64,000 bases of DNA from the human T2T-CHM13v2.0 reference genome, Homo sapiens. Made by a program: the position numbers and the translations under genes. Positions 29,479-42,599 of the stretch are shown here, one piece after another. Below the pieces are notes generated by a model, which did not search any database, was not told where the DNA came from, and saw only the letters and a program-made list of their open reading frames with translations. Position 1 is the stretch's first letter; every line of letters starts with the position of its first letter. The stretch is from the NCBI RefSeq assembly GCF_009914755.1, contig NC_060932.1; one strand, written 5' to 3'.

Positions 29479-30068
29479 ATTTAAAAAAAGAAACTTTAAC
29501 CCTCAAACTGAAGATATTATTAGGAAGCGGGGCTTTTGGAAGGTGATTAAGTCATGAAAGTGCCTTTATAACTAGGATTAACACTGTTATAAAGGGAACT
29601 CCAAAGAGATTCTTCACCTTTCTGCCATGTGAGGACATATTGAGAAGACAACTGTCTATAAACCAGTGGGCCTTCTGCAAACACTAAGTTGGCTGGCACT
29701 TTGATGTAGGATTTCACTTCCAGAACTGTAAAAAAATTTCAATTCCTTATAAGCCACCTAATCTATGGCAGTTTGTTACAGCAGCCAAAACAGACAAAGA
29801 TGCTTAATACCTTTTATTTTTACTTTGTTGTTTTCCTTTAACCATTATTTTTTTACTTCCAATAGTTTTGTGTTTATTAAGTTTTCTGTTTGTATATATT
29901 GAATGTGTTCATTTTGGGTTAGGAAGAAGACACAGGGCATTCTTCATGGCTTAAATACTACATCCTTTATTCTGAATATTATAAGATCATACCACAGAAA
30001 GTACCTATGGCCAAGAGCACATTTAGTGTGGTTTACAGTCCTCCAACAAGCATTTGGGGTTTAAAAGA

Positions 30069-30150
30069 TTCTTGTGCTTAATCAATTGGATTTTCTTTTG
30101 TGGTCTCATTATAATTTGACATTTTTCCATATTTTTCTTCTTTGTTTATG
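30069..30150 (+). repeat. ~80-bp segment duplicated at 36106-36182
   Basis: ttcttgtgcttaat...ggattttcttttgtg...tataatttga...tttttccatat...cttctttgtttatg at both sites. Confidence 0.92.
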
Positions 30151-30237
30151 TCCTTTTGTCATTATATCCTCCCACATTTCTTCTCCTTTCCAAAGACAGC
30201 CATTTTAGTGTGTATATTGGGTATATTTTTGTGGTTT

Positions 30238-30244
<7 letters not shown>

Positions 30245-30277
<33 letters not shown>
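30245..30277 (+). repeat. (TG)n microsatellite
   Basis: About 16 TG units. Confidence 0.95.
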
Positions 30278-30278
<1 letters not shown>

Positions 30279-30740
30279 GTTTCAATTGTATATTGTTATT
30301 CTGTGCTCTACACTTACTAATTATCTCAGATAACCAGGTATAGCATTGGGTCTTCTGCCAATATTGCCATGCTTCTTCTAACCCCAACACCAGCACTGAA
30401 TCTCACAAAATGGGAATCAAACATGCAATTTTATGCCATTAATGTTTCTCACTTTCAGCTATTATTTGACACTCCCTTGATAACTTCCCAGTTCAATCTG
30501 TGATTCCCTAACTTTTCAAAATGCAGCAGTCTTCAGTCTCCTCCTAGTTCTAATTCCTGTCTATGGTTTCCTCTAATTATTTCTATTATGTGAGTTACAG
30601 CAGGTTGAAGCATCTATTTCACAGATCTAAGTATGCTTGCAAACCTTTAATATTTCTTTGTTAGCTATCTTATTTCAAAAAAAAATCTGGCTTCAACCAA
30701 AATTTGCCAAAAATATGATCTTCTAAAATATCTTAGTTTA

Positions 30741-31030
<290 letters not shown>

Positions 31031-32359
31031 TTACCCAAATGTACCCCTGGCTGTTTAGTTTCCATGTCTTTGTTTATGTGATCTTGTTTGCTTGACACGT
31101 CCTCGCTTAGTCTCTGAAGTATGCATCCTTCTTATACTCCCAAGTTTTCCTCATAATCCTTCCTTATTAATGCTTGCCCTCATTTATCTCCTAGATGTTT
31201 CTCTTTCTCGCTCTCTCTCTCTTTCTCTCTACCCATCTCTTATATTTCCAGTGCTCGCTTTTACTCTTAGGTAGCCCAGAGCACACTCTGCCTTGCATCA
31301 TATTGGCCAATGCAATGAGCACATAAGCTCCTTGAGGGTTAACATGCAATTCCTTATGCAATATATTCTCCACAGAATCTTGTACAGGGCTCTAGAAATA
31401 TTAAATGTTGAATAAATTACTGCCGCGTTGCATTTAAAATGTAAACTCTTGCACTGAACGAAGTTTGAAAAGAGTTAGAAATTGTGAAATCGAGTTATTA
31501 AATACTAAAGAATTCACCAGAGAAAATATTGCAGCCAGAGTATACATCCTCAGAGGCCATATTCGGAAACCACTTGGTCTTTTTCTAAGACACAGTCATT
31601 ATTTTTATAGCTGGGAAAGCCTGAGAAAATGTCCTAGTTCAACATATCACCTTTTTCATAGACCGATGCCAAGCTGAAATAAATTCTATGAAAAAATAAA
31701 TATTCCAACGTGAACTAGAAAAATGCCCTTTTCTTGATCCTTGTGAGTTTTTTTTCTTAGCATTGATCTTTTTCCTTTAGTTTTGTGTACTATGGTGTTA
31801 GAAAAAATAGGCACAGATGATTGCATGGTTCATTCTCATTAAATGCCCTCTTTTCTTATGTCACAGACTCTGGGGCGAGATTTTCACAAGCACTTTGCTA
31901 CAAGGAAATCTTTTGTCTTTCCATTTCTATTTCTAAACAAATGGAGATACATTCTTGCCCCTGCTTCTCATACAACAATATAACTAACTGCAACGTGGTA
32001 TTAATGGCCATATTTTCTTAGAATATTATTTGGCGATATAAGTAATACTTAGGGTGACAATCAGGAAAAAAAAAGTTGAAACTATAGACATTCTAGTATA
32101 TGGGTACAACTTATCTAAAAATAGCTATAAAATACCTATTCTAAAACTCTATTGTAGAAAGCACTCATCATGGTGACAAGACTCCACAATATAATGGCAA
32201 ACATGAAATGCTATGTTCTTAGAGTTTCAAACTGCTCATTAGTATCTTAAAGTTTTAAGAAGTGCTACATAGAAGAAACTTGTTAAAATATTTTCATAAC
32301 CAGGTTTTTTTTTTTTTGCCCTATATGACTCCTCTCAGTTTTTAAAAATTAACAGCTTA

Positions 32360-32578
<219 letters not shown>

Positions 32579-33096
32579 TCATGGTAAAACAAGTCCAAAC
32601 GTAGGCATTACATTGCTAATATCATGACTCTAGAGTATCAATGGGGACACAAACTCCTGTATTTCGTTTCTATCATTGTAATATGGGGCTTTCCTCTTCA
32701 CAATCATTTCAGAGTGAAAAAAAAAAAGGCTGATGGTGCTTTGATACCCACATTAGTTCTGGAATCCAGAAGAAGGAGGAATGGTAGGATGGTAAAATCT
32801 AGATGAACTCTTTTTTTAAGAGACATTTAGACATTGTTATTGGACATTATTAATGTCCGATTATTACTGGACATTATTAATTATTTTAGCTGCTGCATGG
32901 TCATGTGGCTATACTTAGTTTCAAAGTTGAAGGGAAATGAAGGGAAATAGAGTCTTTAATCCTGGGTGGGCATATATCCAGCTAAAAGCAAAATTTGTGT
33001 TACTAAGGAGAAAAGATAGATTGGATACTTTTGTGGGAAACCATCAATCTCTTCAACAATTACTATAAATCTAAAGTGTTGGATTAAATTACTATT

Positions 33097-33550
33097 GTGT
33101 TGATTGGTCCTAATTTTCCAGCCATCCATTATTCATGCCTTCTGATAGTTTCTTTCCAGAGACTCTAGGCTGGACGTGAATTGTTTGGCCGATGGATTCT
33201 TTATAAACTTGCCACTAGTAGAGATTTTAAAAGTACTTGTGTGTTGCCGCTTCCTCTTTTGAACCCCTGTCATACCATGAGAACAGGCCCAGACCAGTCT
33301 CCTGGAAAAAGAGGAAGCATGTGTTCCCAGCCTCCCCATCCCAACTGAGGATATCCTAGAAGAGTTAACCGTTATACAATTGACATAGATAAATGAGCAG
33401 GCTCAGCTGAGATCAGCCCCAGCTGTCCCTGATGGGCAGAGCAATCCAGCTGACTTACAGACTTACAAGAAACCATAAATAGTTGTCTTAAGCCAGTAAG
33501 TTTCAGGGTGGTTTGTTACATGGCACAACTAATTGTAGCTAATTGATATA
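33097..33550 (+). mobile_element. MLT1G/H-like MaLR LTR
   Basis: ataaatagttgtcttaagccagtaagtttcagggtggtttgttaca 3' signature. Confidence 0.6.
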
Positions 33551-33892
33551 AAACAGCTGTCTATGTTCATTCTCTTTGCCAAACAAACTAGCTGAGGCAT
33601 GACTAAGAATCGCAATAAGTGCATACTTGGGATATATTTGAAAAGCTAAGAAATAGCAAGAGCAAGAGCAATGTAGATTGTCGACTAGCCTCTCCTCTAT
33701 TTCCTAGTTCCATTCAGTACTCCTATGTACTTGTTGCTAACAGCTGTTAAGGTAAGCCCCCTTTTCTAGAGATGATCTACAAATGTTATGCCCCACTTTA
33801 TAATGTTTATTTGAATTTTACCAAGCCCTATCTAGTTCTCCTACAGTCTCCCTCTCAGGTAGAACCAATTGATTAATCCAATAAAATACTCC

Positions 33893-34026
33893 CTTGGCAT
33901 ACGCAGTGGCTCATGCCTGTAATTCCAGCACTTGGGAAGCCAAGGTGGGAGGATCTCTAGAGGCCAGGAGTTCAAGACCAGCCTGGTCAACATAGCAAGA
34001 CCCCATCTCTTAAAAAAAAAAAAAAA
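33893..34026 (+). mobile_element. FLAM_C / AluJ left monomer
   Basis: gggaggatctctagaggccaggagttc...aacatagcaagaccccatctct followed by poly(A). Confidence 0.88.
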
Positions 34027-34393
34027 CTTACTTTGGTGTAATGTTATCAAAGTGAAGATCTACATATAATTATGCTATGCAAAATTTAGAGATTTTTCAG
34101 GCTACAGTATATTTCAGAATTAGTTCGTTCATCTATATAAATCTTAATATACTGGATTATTTTAAAGTGTTTACATTTGCAAAATATTCACAGGGAATGA
34201 TGAAGAATACTTAAATTTGAGAAATACTGCCCAAAGGAATGTTAATTTGTACTGATATTTCCATTATGGAATGACCAAAATTGAAGGATGGGACACTTCA
34301 TTGCACTTTAACTCATTTTAGAAAGACAGATGCCTACTTGATATACATGTATAAAGTACATGGACATACATCTGCAAGTTTATTCTTTTTTAA

Positions 34394-34750
<357 letters not shown>

Positions 34751-35329
34751 TGATTTTTGTTTTTACCTTGACAACTGGATGATGTCAGAATAATTTTGGT
34801 TTCAAGTAGATCCAACAGTATCTTCAACAAATAAGGGCTTATTTATTTTTTTCTTCAAATAACGAAGAGTCTGAAGATAGCTAGCTGCTGGCATCAGGTC
34901 AACAGCTCAACTATGTCAGAGTGACATCCAGATTTTCTTAATCCTTTACTCATGGTTAGCTGCTACAGATTTGGGTATCACACTCACTCCTGGATTTTAA
35001 AATGGAAAGAAGAAAGAACAGCTCCAGTGTATTCCCTAAACAAACATTTTCCAAGAAGCTTATGTTTTATTTGTCCAGAAGTGTTAAAAATTTATCTTTG
35101 GATGAAGGGAAGGCTAGGGGATAGCATACAATTCTAGGGTGTTGCAAAAATTGAAGTACATAAGGGAAATGAAGTGCTTAGCAGACTGCCTAATACATAG
35201 TAAGCCTGACAAATGAAGTATTGCAAAACCTGAAACAAACAAAACTGCATTGTTTTCAATTTTATAGTAGCATCATCTTTCATTGTGTTATGCCAAAATT
35301 AAATAAGAAGATTTCAGAGGGAAATTTAT

Positions 35330-36105
35330 CGAGTTCCTACCATGTCAGGCATTATTCTTGGATTTGAGGACAAGTGAGAATAATCTAGACATTGTTTCAC
35401 TATTCATAGAAATCACTTCTAGCAAGGGAAACATAATAAACAAATAAATGTCTTCAAGGACTGATAACACTGTATAGAAACTGTAAGTAGGTTAAGTGGT
35501 AGAAAGTGATTTGTGGTTGCCAGAGGGAATGAGAGGCATTGCTTCACCAAAGATAGTAAAGGAAGATCTTTCTGAGGCAGAGAGAGACCAGATTGATAAG
35601 AAGTAGAGCATTTCAATTTCATCCATGTCCCTACAAAGGACATGGACTCATCATTTTTTATGGCTGCATAGTATACATATGTAACTAACCTGCACAATGT
35701 GCACATGTACCCTAAAACTTAAAGTATAATAATAAATAAATAAATAAATAAATAAATAAGAAATGAAAAAAAAAAAAGTAGTAGAGCATTTCAAACAAAA
35801 AGCTTAACTAGGGAAAGGGCCTTGAGCAGATGAAATGTTTTCTGTGTTAGAACACATGTCTGCCAGTGTGGCTGAAAATCAACTCATAGAATGAAGAGCA
35901 AAGAAAGATTAGATGAGCCAGTACAACAGGACTCTGTTATTTTAGGGCATTATATTTGAATATAGTATAATGGAATACCATTATATTTTAATCAGTACTG
36001 CTTATGATTTAATGATTGTTTTTTAAAGATGCCATGGCTCCTACATGGATGATAGAATAAAGGGCTGCAATATGGCACAGAGACCAATAGGAAACATCTA
36101 TGTTG
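35330..36105 (-). mobile_element. L2 fragment interrupted by a young L1
   Basis: tttatcgagttcctaccatgtcaggcattatt...gccagtgtggctg...cagagaccaatagg. Confidence 0.55.
35616..35775 (+). mobile_element. Young L1 (L1PA2/L1HS-like) 3' insertion with 5' inversion
   Basis: Inverted ORF2 end 35616-35673, sense 3' end from 35672, (TAAA)n/A tail; TSD aag(a/t)agtagagcatttcaa. Confidence 0.92.
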
Positions 36106-37879
36106 TTCTTGTGCTTAATTGGATTTTCTTTTGTGTTCTCACTATAATTTGAATTTTTTCCATATTTTCTTCTTTGTTTATGAACTTCTATCATCTTTGA
36201 CTAATGTATTTCTCTCATTTGTACATTTAATAAATTGGAAAATCCAGGATAATAGATCCTGAATCTGATCACTGTATTTCCACTGCTACACTAACAGACA
36301 TTTATATTTTTCATCTAGAACAGCATAGATATTTCCTGTTGGTCTTCAATTTGTTTATTATGTTTCTCTTGCTGGAAGTGATTTCTGTGAATAGTGAAAC
36401 CACGTCTGCATTGTTCTCACTTTCCTCAAATCCAAGAGTAATACCTGTTGCCGTAGGAACTCAATAAATCTCTCACTCAAATTGTCTGATTTAATTTTGG
36501 CATAATACAATGAAAGATAATGCTACTGTACAATAGAAAATACTGAATAGAGTTGTTTTGTTTGTTTCAGGTTTTGCCTTTATTTGAAGTATCTTTAATT
36601 TTGAGCTTTTATTGCGATGGTCATGAATTAAATGTCTGATTAGTTTCCTCTATAGTTCGTATTTTCTTCTGTCTACTTAATTATAATTAGCTACACTTTT
36701 CACTTTCTTTTGAATAGAAAGGAGAAATTATGAGACTCTAAAATATAATATCTTCAAAGAGACATCTACTTTATATCTTTTGCTTTTAAATCGGTGTTTT
36801 AACAAATCGATCCATAGATACGTAGCTTGAAAAAATCTCAGATTTGTTTTTAGAAGCTCACTGCATGTTTTAGCCCCCAAGGATGAAGTATCAGAAACAG
36901 AGTTAAAACAGTGCATTCCACAATTTAAAAATCTTTACCTATGAATAAATAGTTCCTTAATTCCTTGCTCTCTTTTGTCATAGTTGTGTGTCTGTAATAC
37001 AGAGCCACTAGGTGACATAATTTTTCTTTTGTAGTCTCTCAACTGGCTGAAAAGTAGCCAAATGAATAATCTGGCATAAGTTTTCTGCTCTTGCCTCTGA
37101 AGGCTGGTACAGCAGTTGAGCAGCTTATTTAACTGTCCTGTACTCTCGCTTCAGGTATACTCTGCAGGATTGTACTTTAGCACCAAGTATTATTTAATCA
37201 CCTAAAAGAAAAAAACTCTTTTGCCCAGAAAAAACTCCATTTGTCAATATACCCATAATACCATCATTTCTGGTAAAGAGTACCAATTGGAAAAGTTTAA
37301 GAGCTCGCGTAATTTCTCTGGCAGCAGCTACCCTCTGTGTCTATGCAGAACTTACTACTGGTGCTACATTCTAGAAGAAGATTCTCATGGAAAGGGGAAG
37401 AGAGAGGGGGAAGAATGCCAGAGTCCTAAGAGCATGGTGTGGGCCTGGCCAATTCACGAAATCAAGCCTTTTCAAATTTTATAGAAATGTGTTATTTCAA
37501 AGCACTTTCACAGTTGTTATATTATTTTCACAATGACCCTGTAGGATACGTGTAAAGCAGACAGTATCATTCTCATTTTACAGATAGGAAGACCAGCATA
37601 GAGTTCCTGTCTCAATTTCCATATTGCTCCTAATGTCACCAGTATTTTTCCCAAGCAGAGGACCTTAGTGTTCCCTTGGAAGTTCATCTCTTCATTACTT
37701 TTCAGTAGAATCCACTGAGCTCTCATAGGATTTCTTCTTTATACTCCATCTCTGGCACTAGCATTCTAGACCACAAATCCTTTCCACCTGCCTAGATTAC
37801 TTCCATAAATTTTCAGATGTTCTCCCTAGCTATGTTCTCTTCTCCTTTTAGATTGTGTTCAGGAGTTAGACAGTTACAA

Positions 37880-38580
37880 GGGATTGGTCAAATAAAAAGA
37901 ATGTTCCAGAGAAAGAGAATGCCAGCTTGGAGTATTCTTGTTCAGTGTTACTGGAGATTGGAGTAGAAGATAAGGAGTTGTATGAGATGAGGCTAAAGAT
38001 GAAAGCAGCGGGCATATAGCTATTTATATTCTATGCCAAGGAAGATTTATCCTGAAGGCATGAACTTTATTCTAAAAGCAAGGGCATTTTAAGAGCTTTA
38101 CATATGAAAATGGCATAATCAAATATGGATCCTCAAACACCACACTCAGGTTATAAAGTGAAGAAAATATAATAGTGCATAGGGAAACCAGTACAGTACA
38201 AAGAATAGGAGATAATTTGAAAGTCTGCATCAGTAATCTAGTCAAGTCATTATGGTATTCCGCATTAAAGTATTGGCAATGGGGTACATAAAGGTGAGTT
38301 GCTTGCTGTTTGAAATTATACAGCAAGTAGAGTTAAAGTATATGGTTAACAATTGGAAGTAGAAGTGACTATTTTAGAAATCAAGAATAATTCAGTAACT
38401 CTGACTTGAGAACTAGTTTATGATGCTGTTCTTTCCTGAGTTGATAACACAGGGGTTAAGTTTCAATTTGGAAATGATGGGTGTGAGGTGGATACATCCA
38501 AATGGGAAGATGTCTCATGGGCAGTTTAATGTACATGCCAGAGGTTCAGGAAACATAGACACTTAAGTGTCATGAGTATA
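37880..38580 (-). mobile_element. L2 fragment
   Basis: gagatgaggct...gattttatcctgaagg...gaggtggatacatccaa-type diverged L2 motifs. Confidence 0.5.
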
Positions 38581-39165
38581 AATGGAGCAGCTGCTGAATG
38601 AATACACAGATGCTTGAATGGAGCCTTGTTTAGGCAGGATGCTAAAAAGGGTGCCGTTTATCTCATTTGCCTTTTCTAGTTTGGGCACCAAGTTGGGATC
38701 AAATATATCAAGGAGTTCTCTATTTGGAACAGATATATTTAATTTTAGTAAAATACCAAAAAGGTGATATAAAATCTAAAAAAACCTAATATACACAGTC
38801 AAGTACTTAACTATCAACAAGGCATTATTTTAAATCATTTTCTTTTTATGTCATTTAATCTACCCTGAAACTCAATAGTAGTCCCACTTTACAGCAGCTC
38901 AAATACATAAAATAAAGGATCCTCATTTGATTAGAAATCCAAGGATGGAATCAAATTACATATAAAGTTTCCTGAGACTATGTGATTAATTTACATGTAT
39001 TAATGATTACCATATGTCTAGTATCACACTAGATATTGGCCGCCAAAGTTCATATTTTAATTATTTTATGTTAAGCTAGCTACAACGGATGCCCAAAATG
39101 GTACTATTAAATATAAATATAGACACATATACAAGCAGTTAACCAAAGTAAGCTCCAACTCATAG

Positions 39166-39530
<365 letters not shown>

Positions 39531-40129
39531 GAAGGGCCATCTTCTTGCTCCCACTGCTGCTGAATCTTCATCCGTGAAATCCTGACACGGTGGTCTATGG
39601 AAAGTTAGTTCTCCAACAGTGAGCAAGGTTAACAAAGATCTTGTTGCTTTCATGCCCTATCTCCTGTTTGAAGAAATCTTCAGACTAACATTTCTGACTT
39701 CCTGTCTATATCCTATTTTTAAGGTAATGCTATTTGAATGGTCTCTTCACAATTTAAATTCTGTATTCCCATACTCTTGCTCATGGGGATTGTTTATTGG
39801 GCCCCCTGGTTCTCTTTCTAATTCTCCTTGATAAACTGAAGTTATCTTAGGTTAATTTCAGGTTACCTTGCCCTTACCCGAAGTAGGCTGGGATATTCTT
39901 TAAGTATCTGCTTTTTTGGACATATCTAGATTTTTGTACCCTGACTCGTCACTTTATTCTAAGAACTATCCATTTTGTACTCATCCTTTCTCCTTCGGAT
40001 TGGTTTCCTCACAAAGGCCAGAGAGACTTGTTATTGGACTGCTGATCGTTGCTGAGTTTTGGTGTCTTTGGTCCTGTGGTGTTCCTCTTCTTCTCTGCTT
40101 TGACATCCATTTCCCACTCTTTCCTTGCT

Positions 40130-40540
40130 TTGCTCTGTGTCACGGAAGTCTGATCTCTGCAAACTATATTTCTCTGGCTCCTGAATAGTTTTAACTAGCA
40201 AATGGGAAGTGTTAGCCATAGGTTGGAGACAGGAAGGAAGGGACCGTCCAGGGAACTGCTTCCCCTAGGCTCCATGCAGCAGTTCCAACAGTGGCTGAGT
40301 CAGCTTCATGAGTCTGGCTTTTAGAGGGTGCTGGCTCATGGTCACTGTCACCTCCACCTCTTTTAACACTCCAGTGCTAGGAGTGTTACCAGCTCTCTTC
40401 TGTTGTTAATCTTTGGGTTGTTTCACTCTCCTCTGGCTTTTTGGCATTTCCAGTACTTGTATAGCTATTCTTGGTGTTAAATGTCTTCCACCACACTATG
40501 GCTATGAACTGTGTTTTCCTGACTGGTCCTAGGCCTGTAT
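40130..40540 (+). mobile_element. LTR33/LTR41-like ERVL LTR
   Basis: gcaaatgggaagtg...ggttggaga...; 3' tgttttcctgactgg motif. Confidence 0.4.
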
Positions 40541-40719
40541 GTCTTCTACCTCTAGCTGCACTGGAAACTTCCAGCTGATCTGAACTGAATATGGATATCA
40601 TAACGATGGTCTAAAGGCAAACGTATTTCCCTTATTCAGTCTTGATTCTTCTCTATCTCTCTGTCTTTTTTTTTTTTCCACACTCTCCTTGATTTTTCCT
40701 AAAGTTATTTTCTTTCGGG

Positions 40720-41017
40720 GGCCAGGCTCAGTGGCTCACGCCTGTAATCCCAGACCTTTGGGAGGCCAAGGTGGGCAGATCACCTGAGGTTAGGAGTTTG
40801 AGACCAGCCTGGCCAACATGGTAAAACCCCATCTCTACCAAAAATACAAAAAATTAGCCAGGTGTTTGTGGCGGGCGCTTGCAATTCCAGCTACTCAGGA
40901 GGCTAAGGCAGGAGAATTGCTTAAACCCAGGAGGTGGAGATTGGAGTGAGCTGGGATCACACTATTGTACTCCAGCCTGGGTGACAAAGTGAGACTCCGT
41001 CACACACACACACACAC
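40720..41017 (+). mobile_element. AluSx with (CA)n in place of the A tail
   Basis: Full dimer; TSD agttattttcttt / agttgttttcttt. Confidence 0.95.
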
Positions 41018-42599
41018 AGTTGTTTTCTTTATACTTGTTTTTTCCAGACTCCTTGGTTTGGTTTCACTTGCTTGTGTGTTACTATAGTTTGTTTGTTACC
41101 ATATTCCATACCTTTCTGTATTGGAATTATTACTTGTTTATATCATAAATAATATAGTTGCCAAGATTTTTCAGCCTTTTTATACAGAAAGCTAAAATTT
41201 AGACTCTGTATATACATTTCCCCTCAATAGATGTCAATTTCATCTTAAGTTCAAATCTTTTCAATGTGAAAAAATATGATCCTTTATTTTCTACAAAATT
41301 GTTAGCTATAGCTCTTAGCAGATACCCAAAAATTCAGAAGCAGCTTTTGAATTTCTGCTAAAAGAGTGGACTTTATTACCTTCCTTGGCTTTTGTAAGGA
41401 AAAGAGGCATTTTCAGATATTAAGTCTTGATTTATTATACTTGCACTTAGTCACACACACACACGAAACAGAACAACAACAAAACAAAATTTTTCTCTGC
41501 CTACTTTTTCTTTTGCATCATTAATCATTCTATCTCTCCAGGGTTGGCATTTGAAACCATTTCAGGCACGTCTACATATATAGGTTTTAAGAATATTCAT
41601 CACATTCTATATTTTAATAAAATTATATATTTTTATTTCCTCAAAAATAATAAACTTTGAATAACCTTTGTCTTAATCACATTTGAACATCTAACAGCCT
41701 ATTCATCACACTTTGCATATAATAAATGCCAATAGTTGTTAGTTGAATTGAGCTAAATATAAAAACACTCAAATATGGAAATGTTTAAAAATCAATAGTA
41801 ATTTCTTGTCACTTTAAAATATTGTTAGCCAAATTCTTTCTATCTTTTCTTAGTACATAATGCTATTTAAGGCTCTGAAAGTAAGTATGCTTCCATAGCA
41901 TCCTGCTTGAAAAAAATTTGTGGCCCAGATTCCATAAGATTATGATGGAAATAACTTCTGGTAAAAAACCTGACACTTTGAAAGAGATCAACAAATGGAT
42001 GCTGTTGAATGAATGAATTACCAGTTACTGAAGCTAATAATGAACTACATCATCCTGACTCGGCCCAGACCTGTACATTCTTTCTTCCACTTCTAATTGC
42101 ATTGGAATCTTCCAGCTGTTTTAACTGAATATGGATATGACAATGATGGTCTAAAAATAAAAGCATTTTTATGACTCCTATTTTATTCATGTTTTCATGC
42201 TTATGATTCTTAGCCACAAATATTTTCTCAATATGCTTTTAAAAATTGAATAAGATAATTTTTAGAGCTTGATTTTCACTTGCTTTGATTCCTTTGTAGT
42301 CTAAATATGAGTTTTATTGGTAGAGGAATAGAAAATACTATATTGTGCTAGGAAGTATTTTGGGGATCCTACCTTTCAACAGTGTATTTTACAATGATAT
42401 TCTTTTTATCATGTTGTTAATATTTAGCTCATGATAAAATCCTTATCCTTGGATCCCAGGTAAAATTAAACAGTATAACAACAGTTATCTTAACCTTCTA
42501 CACATAGTTTTTTTTGGTGAATATTTGAAGGTAGGAGAGGCATCCTATTTGACTGTGTTTTTTTAGAGCTTCAAATGCCATCACACTGTACCCAGTACA

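Larger units (their letters stand above)
28202..29801 (+). mobile_element. MLT1A MaLR LTR split by a ~1.2-kb insertion
   Basis: 5' part ...tatatgttgaaattttaaccc (28202-28257) resumes at 29490 with ...gccatgtgaggaca...ttccagaactgt...ttgttacagcagcc. Confidence 0.82.
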
